The notes under the pieces: generated by a model | What the model was told of the DNA's origin: nothing | The model's database searches: none | Seen by the model: the letters and a program-made list of their open reading frames with translations, nothing else | Translations under genes and position numbers: made by a program | Part shown: piece by piece, positions 9,519 through 18,585 of the stretch | How positions within the stretch are numbered: the first letter of the stretch is position 1 | Layout of the letters: each line of letters opens with the position of its first letter | Sequence record: OM475426 | DNA from: Escherichia phage D8 | Length of the DNA stretch: 31,345 nt | Strand: one strand, 5' to 3'

Positions 9519-10154
9519 ATGAACACTCTCGCAAATATTCAGGAACTCGCGCGCGCACTGCGCAACATGATTCGCACCGGCATTATCGTCGAAACCGACC
9601 TTAATGCCGGTCGCTGCCGTGTGCAGACCGGCGGCATGTGCACCGACTGGCTTCAGTGGCTGACTCATCGTGCCGGACGTTCACGCACATGGTGGGCACC
9701 TTCGGTGGGGGAGCAGGTGCTGATTCTGTCCGTGGGCGGCGAACTCGACACGGCGTTTGTTCTGCCGGGGATTTATTCCGGTGATAACCCCGCGCCGTCT
9801 GCGTCGGCGGATGCCCTGTACATCCGTTTCCCTGACGGGGCGGTGATTGAGTATGAACCTGAAACCAGTGCACTGACGGTAAGCGGAATTAAAACGGCCA
9901 GCGTGACGGCTTCTGATTCTGTTATCGCCACGGTGCCGGTGGTCATGGTGAAAGCGTCAACTCGCATCACCCTGGACACACCGGAGGTGGTCTGCACCAA
10001 CAGGCTGATTACCGGCACGCTGGAAGTACAGAAGGGCGGGACGATGCGCGGCAACATTGAACACACCGGCGGTGAACTCTCATCAAATGGTAAGGTACTG
10101 CATACCCATAAACACCCCGGCGACAGCGGCGGCACAACCGGGAGCCCTCTATGA
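9519..10154 (+). CDS. V: Baseplate central spike/assembly protein (P2 gpV-like), 211 aa
   Basis: 211 aa as P2 gpV; first gene of the baseplate/tail-fibre operon after an intergenic gap (candidate PV late promoter 9453-9518). Confidence 0.85.
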   Translation: MNTLANIQELARALRNMIRTGIIVETDLNAGRCRVQTGGMCTDWLQWLTHRAGRSRTWWAPSVGEQVLILSVGGELDTAFVLPGIYSGDNPAPSASADALYIRFPDGAVIEYEPETSALTVSGIKTASVTASDSVIATVPVVMVKASTRITLDTPEVVCTNRLITGTLEVQKGGTMRGNIEHTGGELSSNGKVLHTHKHPGDSGGTTGSPL

Positions 10155-10498
10155 CAGCGCGTTATCTCGGAATGAATTGCAGTGATGGCCTGACTGTCAC
10201 TGACCTTGAGCATATCAGCCAGAGTATCGGCGATATCCTGCGCACACCGGTCGGCTCGCGGGTGATGCGTCGTGATTACGGCTCGTTGCTGGCGTCAATG
10301 ATTGACCAGCCGCAGACCCCGGCGCTTGAGTTGCAGATTAAGGTCGCCTGTTACATGGCGGTGCTGAAATGGGAACCCCGCGTCACCCTGTCATCCGTCA
10401 CCACTGAGCGCAGTTTTGACGGGCGAATGACGGTCACGTTAACCGGCCAGCACAACGACACCGGCCAGCCACTTTCGTTAACCATCCCTGTGAGTTGA
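10151..10498 (+). CDS. W: Baseplate protein (P2 gpW-like), 115 aa
   Basis: 115 aa as P2 gpW; ATGA overlap with V. Confidence 0.85.
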   Translation: MTARYLGMNCSDGLTVTDLEHISQSIGDILRTPVGSRVMRRDYGSLLASMIDQPQTPALELQIKVACYMAVLKWEPRVTLSSVTTERSFDGRMTVTLTGQHNDTGQPLSLTIPVS

Positions 10499-10502
10499 AA
10501 CC

Positions 10503-11411
10503 ATGCCGATTATCGACCTGAACCAGCTACCCGCACCGGATGTGGTCGAGGAGCTGGACTTTGAAACCATTCTCGCCGAACGCAAGGCGACACTGATTTC
10601 CCTTTACCCGGAAGACCAGCAGGAGGCGGTCGCCCGTACCCTGACGCTGGAATCCGAGCCTCTCGTCAAATTGCTGGAGGAAAATGCTTATCGTGAGCTT
10701 ATCTGGCGTCAGCGTGTGAATGAGGCCGCACGGGCGGTGATGCTGGCCTGTGCCGCGGGTAATGACCTTGATGTGATTGGTGCCAATTACAACACCACGC
10801 GTCTGACTATCACCCCGGCAGATGATTCGACTATCCCGCCGACACCGGCAGTGATGGAATCTGATACCGATTATCGTCTGCGTATTCAGCAGGCGTTTGA
10901 AGGTTTAAGCGTCGCCGGGTCGGTGGGTGCCTATCAGTATCATGGCCGCAGTGCTGACGGGCGTGTCGCGGATATCTCTGTCACCAGTCCGTCTCCGGCC
11001 TGCGTCACCATCTCTGTGCTGTCACGTGAGAATAACGGTGTCGCATCCGAAGACCTGCTGGCGGTGGTGCGTAACGCCCTGAATGGCGAGGACGTCAGAC
11101 CGGTGGCCGACCGCGTGACCGTGCAGTCTGCCGCCATTGTTGAATACCAGATAAACGCCACGCTTTACCTTTACCCTGGTCCCGAAAGTGAACCCATCCG
11201 CGCGGCCGCCGTGAAAAAACTGGAAGCATACATCACGGCACAGCACCGGCTGGGGCGCGACATCCGTCTGTCTGCCATTTATGCCGCTTTGCATGTGGAA
11301 GGCGTGCAGCGTGTCGAACTGGCCGCACCACTGGCCGACATCGTGCTCAACAGTACGCAGGCGTCTTTCTGCACCGAATACCGCGTCGTGACCGGAGGCT
11401 CGGATGAGTGA
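10503..11411 (+). CDS. J: Baseplate assembly protein (P2 gpJ-like), 302 aa
   Basis: 302 aa as P2 gpJ; gene order. Confidence 0.85.
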   Translation: MPIIDLNQLPAPDVVEELDFETILAERKATLISLYPEDQQEAVARTLTLESEPLVKLLEENAYRELIWRQRVNEAARAVMLACAAGNDLDVIGANYNTTRLTITPADDSTIPPTPAVMESDTDYRLRIQQAFEGLSVAGSVGAYQYHGRSADGRVADISVTSPSPACVTISVLSRENNGVASEDLLAVVRNALNGEDVRPVADRVTVQSAAIVEYQINATLYLYPGPESEPIRAAAVKKLEAYITAQHRLGRDIRLSAIYAALHVEGVQRVELAAPLADIVLNSTQASFCTEYRVVTGGSDE

Positions 11412-11934
11412 TTCGCGACTGCTGCCGACCGGCTCATCACCGCTTGAAGTTGCTGCCGCAAAAGCCTGTGCGGAAATTGAAAAAACGCCGGTCAGGATTC
11501 GTGAGCTGTGGAACCCGGACACCTGCCCGGCAAATTTGCTGCCGTGGCTGGCATGGGCGTTTTCGGTCGACAGGTGGGATGAAAAGTGGCCGGAAGCGAC
11601 AAAACGCGCCGTTATTCGCGATGCCTATTTCATCCACTGTCATAAAGGCACTATAGGCGCAATCCGGCGTGTGGTGGAGCCGCTCGGCTATCTCATTAAC
11701 GTAAAGGAATGGTGGGAGACAAACGACCCGCCCGGCACCTTTCGCCTTGATATCGGTGTGCTGGAAAGCGGCATCACGGAGGAGATGTATCTGGAAATGG
11801 AACGGCTGATTGCCGATGCCAAACCCGCAAGTCGCCACCTTATCGGTCTGAACATTATCCAGGACATTCCCGGCTATCTGTATACAGGCGGTGTGGTCTG
11901 TGATGGTGATGTTATTACTGTTTATCCCGGATAA
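11404..11934 (+). CDS. I: Baseplate protein (P2 gpI-like), 176 aa
   Basis: 176 aa as P2 gpI; overlaps J stop. Confidence 0.85.
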   Translation: MSDSRLLPTGSSPLEVAAAKACAEIEKTPVRIRELWNPDTCPANLLPWLAWAFSVDRWDEKWPEATKRAVIRDAYFIHCHKGTIGAIRRVVEPLGYLINVKEWWETNDPPGTFRLDIGVLESGITEEMYLEMERLIADAKPASRHLIGLNIIQDIPGYLYTGGVVCDGDVITVYPG

Positions 11935-11944
11935 GTGAGAAACA

Positions 11945-14704
11945 ATGAGCACGAAATTTAAAACCGTTATCACTACTGCCGGAGCCGCAAAGCTGGCTGC
12001 CGCCACTGTCCCCGGCGGGAAAAAAGTAAACCTGTCTGCAATGGCCGTGGGTGACGGTAATGGCAAATTACCGGTGCCGGATGCCGGTCAGACGAAACTG
12101 GTGCATGAGGTCTGGCGTCACGCTCTGAATAAAGTCAGTGTGGATAATAAGAATAAAAACTATATTGTGGCTGAACTGGTTGTTCCGCCAGAAGTGGGCG
12201 GCTTCTGGATGCGTGAGCTTGGTCTGTATGACGATGCCGGAACACTGATTGCGGTATCCAACATGGCAGAAAGCTATAAGCCAGAACTGGCTGAAGGCTC
12301 CGGACGTGCGCAGACCTGCCGCATGGTTATTATTCTCAGCAACGTGGCGTCCGTTGAGCTGAGTATTGATGCCAGCACAGTGATGGCTACGCAGGATTAC
12401 GTCGATGACAAAATCGCAGAGCATGAGCAGTCCCGCCGCCATCCTGACGCCACGCTGACAGAAAAAGGTTTTACTCAGTTAAGCAGTGCAACAAACAGCA
12501 CCAGTGAAAAGCTGGCGGCAACGCCAAAAGCGGTCAAGGCTGCGAATGACAACGCAAATTCACGTCTGGCGAAAAATCAGAACGGTGCAGATATCCAGGA
12601 TAAATCAGCTTTTCTGGACAATGTTGGCGTTACCAGCCTGACGTTTATGAAAAACAATGGCGAAATGCCGCTTGATGCTGATCTGAATACGTTTGGTCCT
12701 GTTAAGGCTTATTCAGGTATCTGGTCTAAAGCAACATCCACCAACGCAACACTGGAGAAAAATTTCCCGGAAGATAATGCTGTCGGTGTGCTTGAGGTTT
12801 TTGCTGCCGGCAATTTTGCAGGTACGCAACGCTTTACCACGAGAGACGGCAATGTATACATGCGTAAACTCGCCAATAGGTGGAATGGCACTGATGGTCC
12901 GTGGGGCGTATGGCGTCACACTCAATCTGCTACCCGCCCTTTGAGTACGACTATAGACCTGAATACGCTTGGAGCCGCCGAGCATCTTGGTTTATGGCGT
13001 AACAGTAGCTCAGCTATAGCTTCATATGAACGCAATTATCCAGAGGAAGGCGGCTTTGCTCAGGGGATGCTTGAGATCCTCGAAGGCGGAAATTATGGAA
13101 GAACGCAACGTTATACCACTCGCCGTGGAAATATGTATGTCCGCTGTCTTGCGGCAAGCTGGGATGCATCAAATCCGCAGTGGGAACCGTGGTTAAGAGT
13201 CGGTCATCAGTCAGAGAGTCGTTATTACGAAGGTGATTTAAATGTTCTAACCGACCCCGGTATTTACAGTGTTACAGGAAAGGCAACAAACGGTCCGATG
13301 CTGGACACCGTTGGCGCGACACTACTTGGGATACTGGAAGTAATCAGACGTTTTGATGGTGTGTCTGTCTGGCAGCGTTACACAACCACAGGGAAATCAG
13401 AAACCACACAGGGACGCACTTTTGAGCGCGTCTACGCCGGGAGCAAATGGACCGAATGGCGAGAAGTATATAACTCCTTTTCGTTGCCTCTGAATCTGGG
13501 CATCGGTGGCGCAGTGGCAAAACTATCCAGTCTGGACTGGCAGACCTACGATTTTGTGCCGGGCAGTCTGATAACCGTGCGGCTTGATAACATGACCAAC
13601 ATTCCCGACGGTATGGACTGGGGCGTCATTGATGGCAACCTGATAAACATCGCAGTTGGTCCGAGTGATGATTCCGGTACGGGGCGCTCAATGCATGTAT
13701 GGCGCAGCACTGTAAGTAAAGCGAACTACCGCTTTTTTATGGTGCGTATTTCAGGAAATCCGGGAAGCCGCACGATCACGACAAGACGTGTGCCAATTAT
13801 CGACGAAGCTCAGACATGGGGCGCGAAACAGACATTCAGTGCTGGCCTTTCTGGTGAACTGTCCGGCAATGCGGCGACAGCAACAAAGCTGAAAACAGCC
13901 CGTAAAATTAATAACGTTTCGTTTGATGGAACATCAGATATTAACTTGACGCCGAAAAATATTGGTGCATTTGCTTCAGGAAAAACAGGAGACACCGTTG
14001 CGAATGATAAAGCCGTTGGGTGGAACTGGAGTAGCGGAGCCTATAACGCAACTACTGGTGGGGCATCAACGTTAATTCTTCATTTTAATATCGGTGAAGG
14101 AAGTTGTCCCGCCGCCCAGTTCCGCGTTAATTATAAGAACGGCGGTATTTTTTATCGTTCTGCTCGTGACGGTTACGGATTCGAGGCTGACTGGTCTGAG
14201 TTTTATACCACAACGCGAAAACCTACAGCGGGAGATGTCGGTGCACTGCCGTTATCTGGTGGTCAATTGAATGGTGCTCTGGGTATAGGAACATCCAGTG
14301 CTCTTGGCGGTAATTCGATTGTTTTGGGTGATAATGACACGGGCTTTAAACAAAATGGTGATGGTAATCTGGATGTTTATGCTAATAGCGTCCATATTAT
14401 GCGCTTTGTCTCGGGAAGTATTCAAAGTAATAAAACCATAAATATTACGGGGCGTGTTAATCCCTCGGATTACGGTAACTTTGATTCCCGCTATGTCCGG
14501 GATATCCGGCTTGGTGGTGCTGCCACATACAAACCTGCGAACAATGGCATGACATGGACACATCAGGCACCGTCCGGGTGTGTATATTCCGGCATTATTG
14601 TTCAGGATACCGGCTCAAACTCTGCCGATAACATTGGTGGTGTATATTACAGGCCGGTTCAGAAATACATTAACGGGACATGGTATAACGTGGCGCAGGT
14701 ATAA
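11945..14704 (+). CDS. H: Tail fibre protein (P2 gpH-like N-terminus with expanded mosaic C-terminal receptor-binding region), 919 aa
   Basis: N-terminal ~200 aa resemble P2 gpH as I recall it (MS.KF.TVITTAGAAKLAAA...); the ORF is 919 aa vs 669 in P2; the distal half has lower GC, three tandem ~70-aa modules and a C-terminal domain resembling those of P1/Mu S and lambda Stf. Confidence 0.85.
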   Translation: MSTKFKTVITTAGAAKLAAATVPGGKKVNLSAMAVGDGNGKLPVPDAGQTKLVHEVWRHALNKVSVDNKNKNYIVAELVVPPEVGGFWMRELGLYDDAGTLIAVSNMAESYKPELAEGSGRAQTCRMVIILSNVASVELSIDASTVMATQDYVDDKIAEHEQSRRHPDATLTEKGFTQLSSATNSTSEKLAATPKAVKAANDNANSRLAKNQNGADIQDKSAFLDNVGVTSLTFMKNNGEMPLDADLNTFGPVKAYSGIWSKATSTNATLEKNFPEDNAVGVLEVFAAGNFAGTQRFTTRDGNVYMRKLANRWNGTDGPWGVWRHTQSATRPLSTTIDLNTLGAAEHLGLWRNSSSAIASYERNYPEEGGFAQGMLEILEGGNYGRTQRYTTRRGNMYVRCLAASWDASNPQWEPWLRVGHQSESRYYEGDLNVLTDPGIYSVTGKATNGPMLDTVGATLLGILEVIRRFDGVSVWQRYTTTGKSETTQGRTFERVYAGSKWTEWREVYNSFSLPLNLGIGGAVAKLSSLDWQTYDFVPGSLITVRLDNMTNIPDGMDWGVIDGNLINIAVGPSDDSGTGRSMHVWRSTVSKANYRFFMVRISGNPGSRTITTRRVPIIDEAQTWGAKQTFSAGLSGELSGNAATATKLKTARKINNVSFDGTSDINLTPKNIGAFASGKTGDTVANDKAVGWNWSSGAYNATTGGASTLILHFNIGEGSCPAAQFRVNYKNGGIFYRSARDGYGFEADWSEFYTTTRKPTAGDVGALPLSGGQLNGALGIGTSSALGGNSIVLGDNDTGFKQNGDGNLDVYANSVHIMRFVSGSIQSNKTINITGRVNPSDYGNFDSRYVRDIRLGGAATYKPANNGMTWTHQAPSGCVYSGIIVQDTGSNSADNIGGVYYRPVQKYINGTWYNVAQV

Positions 14705-14707
14705 TTT

Positions 14708-15235
14708 ATGCAGCATTTAAAAAATATTACGGCGGGTAATCCAAAAACGGTTGAACAATATCAATTGACAAAGGGTTTTGATGTTGTCTGGTTTTTTTCA
14801 GAAGATGGTAAGAACTGGTACGAAGAACAAAAGTATTTTGCTGATGACACGATAAAAATAGCGTACGACAAAGATAATATTATCCGCTATGTGGAAAAGG
14901 ATGTGACAGCTATCAGACCGGATGGATTAAGTGTTGTTGAAGTGGCGGATATTACTGCTAACCGACGGGCGGACATTTCAGGGGGCTGGATGTTTAAGGA
15001 CGGCAAAGTGATTAAACGCATTTATACGGCAGAGGAATTGCTGCAGCAGGCAGAAAACCGGAAAGCCAGACTTCTTGCAGATGCTGAATCCGTGATTTTG
15101 CCGCTGGAGCGCGCGGTCAGACTGAACATGGCAACAGATGAGGAGCGTAGCCGACTGGATGCATGGGAGCGTTACAGCGTTCTGGTCAGTCGTGTGGATC
15201 CTGCAAATCCTGAATGGCCGGAAATGCCGCAATAA
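14708..15235 (+). CDS. G: Tail fibre assembly chaperone (P2 gpG-like), 175 aa
   Basis: 175 aa as P2 gpG; immediately downstream of H. Confidence 0.8.
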   Translation: MQHLKNITAGNPKTVEQYQLTKGFDVVWFFSEDGKNWYEEQKYFADDTIKIAYDKDNIIRYVEKDVTAIRPDGLSVVEVADITANRRADISGGWMFKDGKVIKRIYTAEELLQQAENRKARLLADAESVILPLERAVRLNMATDEERSRLDAWERYSVLVSRVDPANPEWPEMPQ

Positions 15236-15456
15236 GTTGTATGATCTCTGGAGTGAGCAAACATATCTATGGCACAGAGTAAAGCCTAATCTGACAGGCC
15301 GCTCTGTGTCTGGAGTAGATTTTAGTAAAGCATTATTTTATTAGTGCAAATTCTAATCAATACATTTTATGTATATGATATCCTGCAGACTTTAATGACT
15401 TGGTTTAGGCTAACCAGATAACACTGAAGGAATATTTTTGATAATTAAGGTGCGGT

Positions 15457-16050
15457 ATGTTTACTAAGCGACGATTAAAAAATATTAACTGGGAGGCAAG
15501 TTCAGTGATTCTTGCCATGGTTCTCTTTGTTGGAAATATATTTTATACAAATCATCGTGATGATATAAGCATGGAGGCTGAGAGGGACAGTATCAGAACA
15601 ATGTTTGCATATGAAATCGCTAATAACCATCGCGCTCTCACTTTTCTTGATAAAACGAGATATATTGGCTTTGACGAAAATTCGGAGCATTTTGTTGGCG
15701 AGCCTTTTGCCATTAATGTCAAATCATTAGGGGGGCCTCGCTTACAGATTGCATTAAACCAGACTGATAAAGTGTTTAAATCCTACTTCAGCGAATTAAG
15801 TAAGCTTGATAAAGAGGATGTTACTCTTCTTATGGACTATTACCATGAGCAAAGCATCCTGCTGGAGCGTGTAAAATCTACGTTACAGAAGATGAAAAGT
15901 GGTAATGATATTAAAGTTGATATTGATGGTTACTTATTAGAAGAACACTTCATGAATGAGCTTAATCTTTCTAATATTTTGCTTAAACGCTATAGCCATT
16001 TGTTGTCACAACACGCCAAAGAACATAAAACAAAAGATTTACATAATTGA
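15457..16050 (+). CDS. Cargo (moron) ORF of unknown function, 197 aa, N-terminal transmembrane anchor; at the P2 Z/fun hotspot position
   Basis: AT-rich ORF in a low-GC island between G and FI; RBS aaggtg about 8 nt before ATG; N-terminal hydrophobic helix (SSVILAMVLFVGNIFY) followed by a charged soluble region; no family recognised. Confidence 0.6.
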   Translation: MFTKRRLKNINWEASSVILAMVLFVGNIFYTNHRDDISMEAERDSIRTMFAYEIANNHRALTFLDKTRYIGFDENSEHFVGEPFAINVKSLGGPRLQIALNQTDKVFKSYFSELSKLDKEDVTLLMDYYHEQSILLERVKSTLQKMKSGNDIKVDIDGYLLEEHFMNELNLSNILLKRYSHLLSQHAKEHKTKDLHN

Positions 16051-16256
16051 TAATCTGCTAATGGTTATTCATGGGGTAACTATGTTTTATATGTAATCCA
16101 ACTCAGATGAATTATTGATTCTGGATAATAACCGCAGAGCGGCATATACCCTGACAGGCAAATGTCCGCTTCTTGTTCAAAGCAGACCGTCAGATTTGAT
16201 AACTTTTGGGCTATGTAAATTGTCAGTCGGAAAATGAGTGAGTTCAAATCAGGACA

Positions 16257-16280
16257 GGCGGGCGAATTGCCCGCCTTTTC
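16257..16280 (+). terminator. Rho-independent terminator at the end of the G-FI cargo island
   Basis: Perfect hairpin ggcgggc/gaatt/gcccgcc followed by ttttcttt. Confidence 0.65.
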
Positions 16281-16379
16281 TTTATCTGTTGTTTCATCCA
16301 CTGACCAGCCAGGTCAAATAGCGTCTCATGCTCTGCACAACAGAAAATAGTTGCACCCATTAACCACGGAGTTAAACGG

Positions 16380-17570
16380 ATGAGTGACTATCATCACGGC
16401 GTGCAGGTGCTGGAGATTAACGACGGCACCCGCGTCATTTCCACCGTATCCACTGCCATTGTCGGCATGATCTGCACGGCCAGCGATGCGGATGCGGAAA
16501 CCTTCCCCCTCAATAAACCTGTGCTGATTACCAATGTGCAGAGCGCAATTGCAAAGGCCGGTAAAAAAGGCACGCTGGCGGCATCGTTGCAGGCCATCGC
16601 AGACCAGTCAAAACCGGTCACCGTTGTCGTGCGCGTGGAAGACGGCACCGGTGATGACGAGGAAACGAAACTCGCGCAGACCGTTTCCAATATCATCGGC
16701 ACCACCGACGAAAACGGTCAGTATACCGGACTGAAAGCCCTGCTGGCGGCAGAGTCGGTAACCGGTGTTAAACCGCGTATTCTCGGCGTGCCGGGACTGG
16801 ATACCAAAGAGGTGGCTGTTGCACTGGCATCAGTCTGTCAGAAGCTGCGCGCTTTCGGGTATATCAGCGCATGGGGCTGTAAAACCATTTCCGAGGTGAA
16901 AGCTTACCGCCAGAATTTCAGCCAGCGTGAGCTGATGGTCATCTGGCCGGATTTCCTCGCATGGGATACTGTCACCAGTACCACCGCCACCGCGTATGCC
17001 ACCGCCCGTGCGCTGGGGCTGCGCGCTAAAATCGACCAGGAGCAGGGCTGGCATAAAACGCTGTCCAATGTCGGGGTGAACGGTGTTACCGGCATCAGCG
17101 CATCTGTATTCTGGGATTTGCAGGAGTCCGGCACCGATGCTGACCTGCTTAACGAGTCAGGCGTCACAACGCTGATTCGCCGTGACGGTTTCCGGTTCTG
17201 GGGTAACCGTACCTGCTCTGATGACCCGCTGTTCCTCTTTGAAAACTACACCCGCACCGCGCAGGTGCTGGCCGACACGATGGCTGAGGCGCACATGTGG
17301 GCGGTGGACAAGCCCATCACCGCAACGCTGATTCGCGACATCGTTGACGGCATCAATGCCAAATTCCGTGAGCTGAAAACAAACGGCTATATCGTGGATG
17401 CGACCTGCTGGTTCAGCGAAGAATCCAACGATGCGGAAACCCTCAAGGCCGGAAAACTGTATATCGACTACGACTATACCCCGGTGCCTCCTCTCGAAAA
17501 CCTGACCCTGCGCCAGCGTATTACCGATAAATACCTGGCAAATCTGGTCACCTCGGTTAACAGCAATTAA
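16380..17570 (+). CDS. FI: Tail sheath protein (P2 gpFI-like), 396 aa
   Basis: 396 aa as P2 FI; RBS ggag upstream; followed by tube gene. Confidence 0.9.
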   Translation: MSDYHHGVQVLEINDGTRVISTVSTAIVGMICTASDADAETFPLNKPVLITNVQSAIAKAGKKGTLAASLQAIADQSKPVTVVVRVEDGTGDDEETKLAQTVSNIIGTTDENGQYTGLKALLAAESVTGVKPRILGVPGLDTKEVAVALASVCQKLRAFGYISAWGCKTISEVKAYRQNFSQRELMVIWPDFLAWDTVTSTTATAYATARALGLRAKIDQEQGWHKTLSNVGVNGVTGISASVFWDLQESGTDADLLNESGVTTLIRRDGFRFWGNRTCSDDPLFLFENYTRTAQVLADTMAEAHMWAVDKPITATLIRDIVDGINAKFRELKTNGYIVDATCWFSEESNDAETLKAGKLYIDYDYTPVPPLENLTLRQRITDKYLANLVTSVNSN

Positions 17571-17582
17571 GGAGCCTGACCG

Positions 17583-18101
17583 ATGGCAATGCCGCGCAAA
17601 CTCAAGTTAATGAACGTCTTTCTGAACGGCTACAGCTATCAGGGCGTTGCAAAGTCCGTCACGCTGCCAAAACTGACCCGTAAGCTTGAAAACTATCGCG
17701 GTGCGGGGATGAACGGCAGCGCACCGGTAGACCTCGGCCTTGATGACGATGCGCTGTCAATGGAGTGGTCGCTCGGGGGCTTCCCGGATTCGGTTATCTG
17801 GGAGCTTTACGCCGCAACCGGTGTGGATGCCGTGCCGATTCGTTTTGCCGGCTCTTACCAGCGCGACGATACCGGCGAAACGGTGGCCGTCGAGGTGGTC
17901 ATGCGTGGCCGTCAGAAAGAAATCGACACCGGCGAGGGTAAACAGGGAGAAGACACCGAGTCGAAAATCTCCGTGGTCTGCACCTATTTCCGGCTGACGA
18001 TGGACGGTAAGGAGCTGGTCGAAATCGACACCATCAACATGATTGAGAAGGTGAACGGCGTCGACCGGCTGGAGCAACACCGCCGAAATATCGGCCTGTG
18101 A
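17583..18101 (+). CDS. FII: Tail tube protein (P2 gpFII-like), 172 aa
   Basis: 172 aa as P2 FII; RBS aggag upstream. Confidence 0.9.
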   Translation: MAMPRKLKLMNVFLNGYSYQGVAKSVTLPKLTRKLENYRGAGMNGSAPVDLGLDDDALSMEWSLGGFPDSVIWELYAATGVDAVPIRFAGSYQRDDTGETVAVEVVMRGRQKEIDTGEGKQGEDTESKISVVCTYFRLTMDGKELVEIDTINMIEKVNGVDRLEQHRRNIGL

Positions 18102-18157
18102 TTTTCATCCGGTCAGCCTGGCTGACCGGTTAACCCTGATTCAGAAGTGAGAAAACC

Positions 18158-18433
18158 ATGAACAAAGAAAATGTCATTACCCTGGACAATCCGGTCAAGC
18201 GTGGTGAGCAGGTTATCGAACAGGTCACGCTGATGAAACCCAGTGCGGGGACGCTGCGCGGTGTCAGTCTGGCTGCGGTCGCAAACTCAGAAGTCGATGC
18301 ACTGATTAAGGTGCTGCCGCGCATGACGGCACCGATGCTGACCGAGCAGGAAGTCGCCGCGCTGGAACTGCCTGACCTTGTGGCGCTGGCCGGTAAGGTG
18401 GTCGGTTTTTTGTCGCCGAACTCGGTGCAGTAA
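18158..18433 (+). CDS. E: Tail assembly chaperone (P2 gpE-like), 91 aa
   Basis: 91 aa as P2 gpE; immediately upstream of tape measure gene. Confidence 0.85.
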   Translation: MNKENVITLDNPVKRGEQVIEQVTLMKPSAGTLRGVSLAAVANSEVDALIKVLPRMTAPMLTEQEVAALELPDLVALAGKVVGFLSPNSVQ

Positions 18434-18585
18434 CGTTCCCGAAAAATCTGTCGGTCGATGACCTGATGGCGGATGTGGCAGTGATATTTCACTGGCCGCC
18501 ATCAGAACTGTATCCCATGAGCCTGACCGAACTCATCACATGGCGCGAAAAGGCGCTCCGGCGAAGCGGAAACACGAATGAGTAA
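18158..18585 (+). CDS. E+E': Tail assembly chaperone frameshift product E+E' (programmed -1 frameshift), about 142 aa
   Basis: Slippery heptamer TTTTTTG at 18406-18412 inside E; reading the -1 frame from it stays open to TAA at 18583-18585 (...FFVAELGAVTFPKNLSVDDLMADVAVIFHWPPSELYPMSLTELITWREKALRRSGNTNE); conserved arrangement in P2 and other tailed phages. Confidence 0.75.
18406..18412 (+). other. Programmed -1 ribosomal frameshift slippery site (TTTTTTG)
   Basis: Heptamer read directly in sequence, in-phase with the E reading frame (G GTT TTT TG). Confidence 0.7.

Noticed and set aside
15236-15300. Possible terminator after G (cacagag ... ctctgtg)
   Set aside because: Stem arms are separated by a loop of about 22 nt and lack a following T-run; not a convincing intrinsic terminator.
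16080-16301. 73-aa minus-strand ORF in the G-FI island
   Set aside because: Overlaps the rho-independent terminator hairpin and has no RBS; more likely untranslated 3' region of the cargo gene or the FI promoter region.
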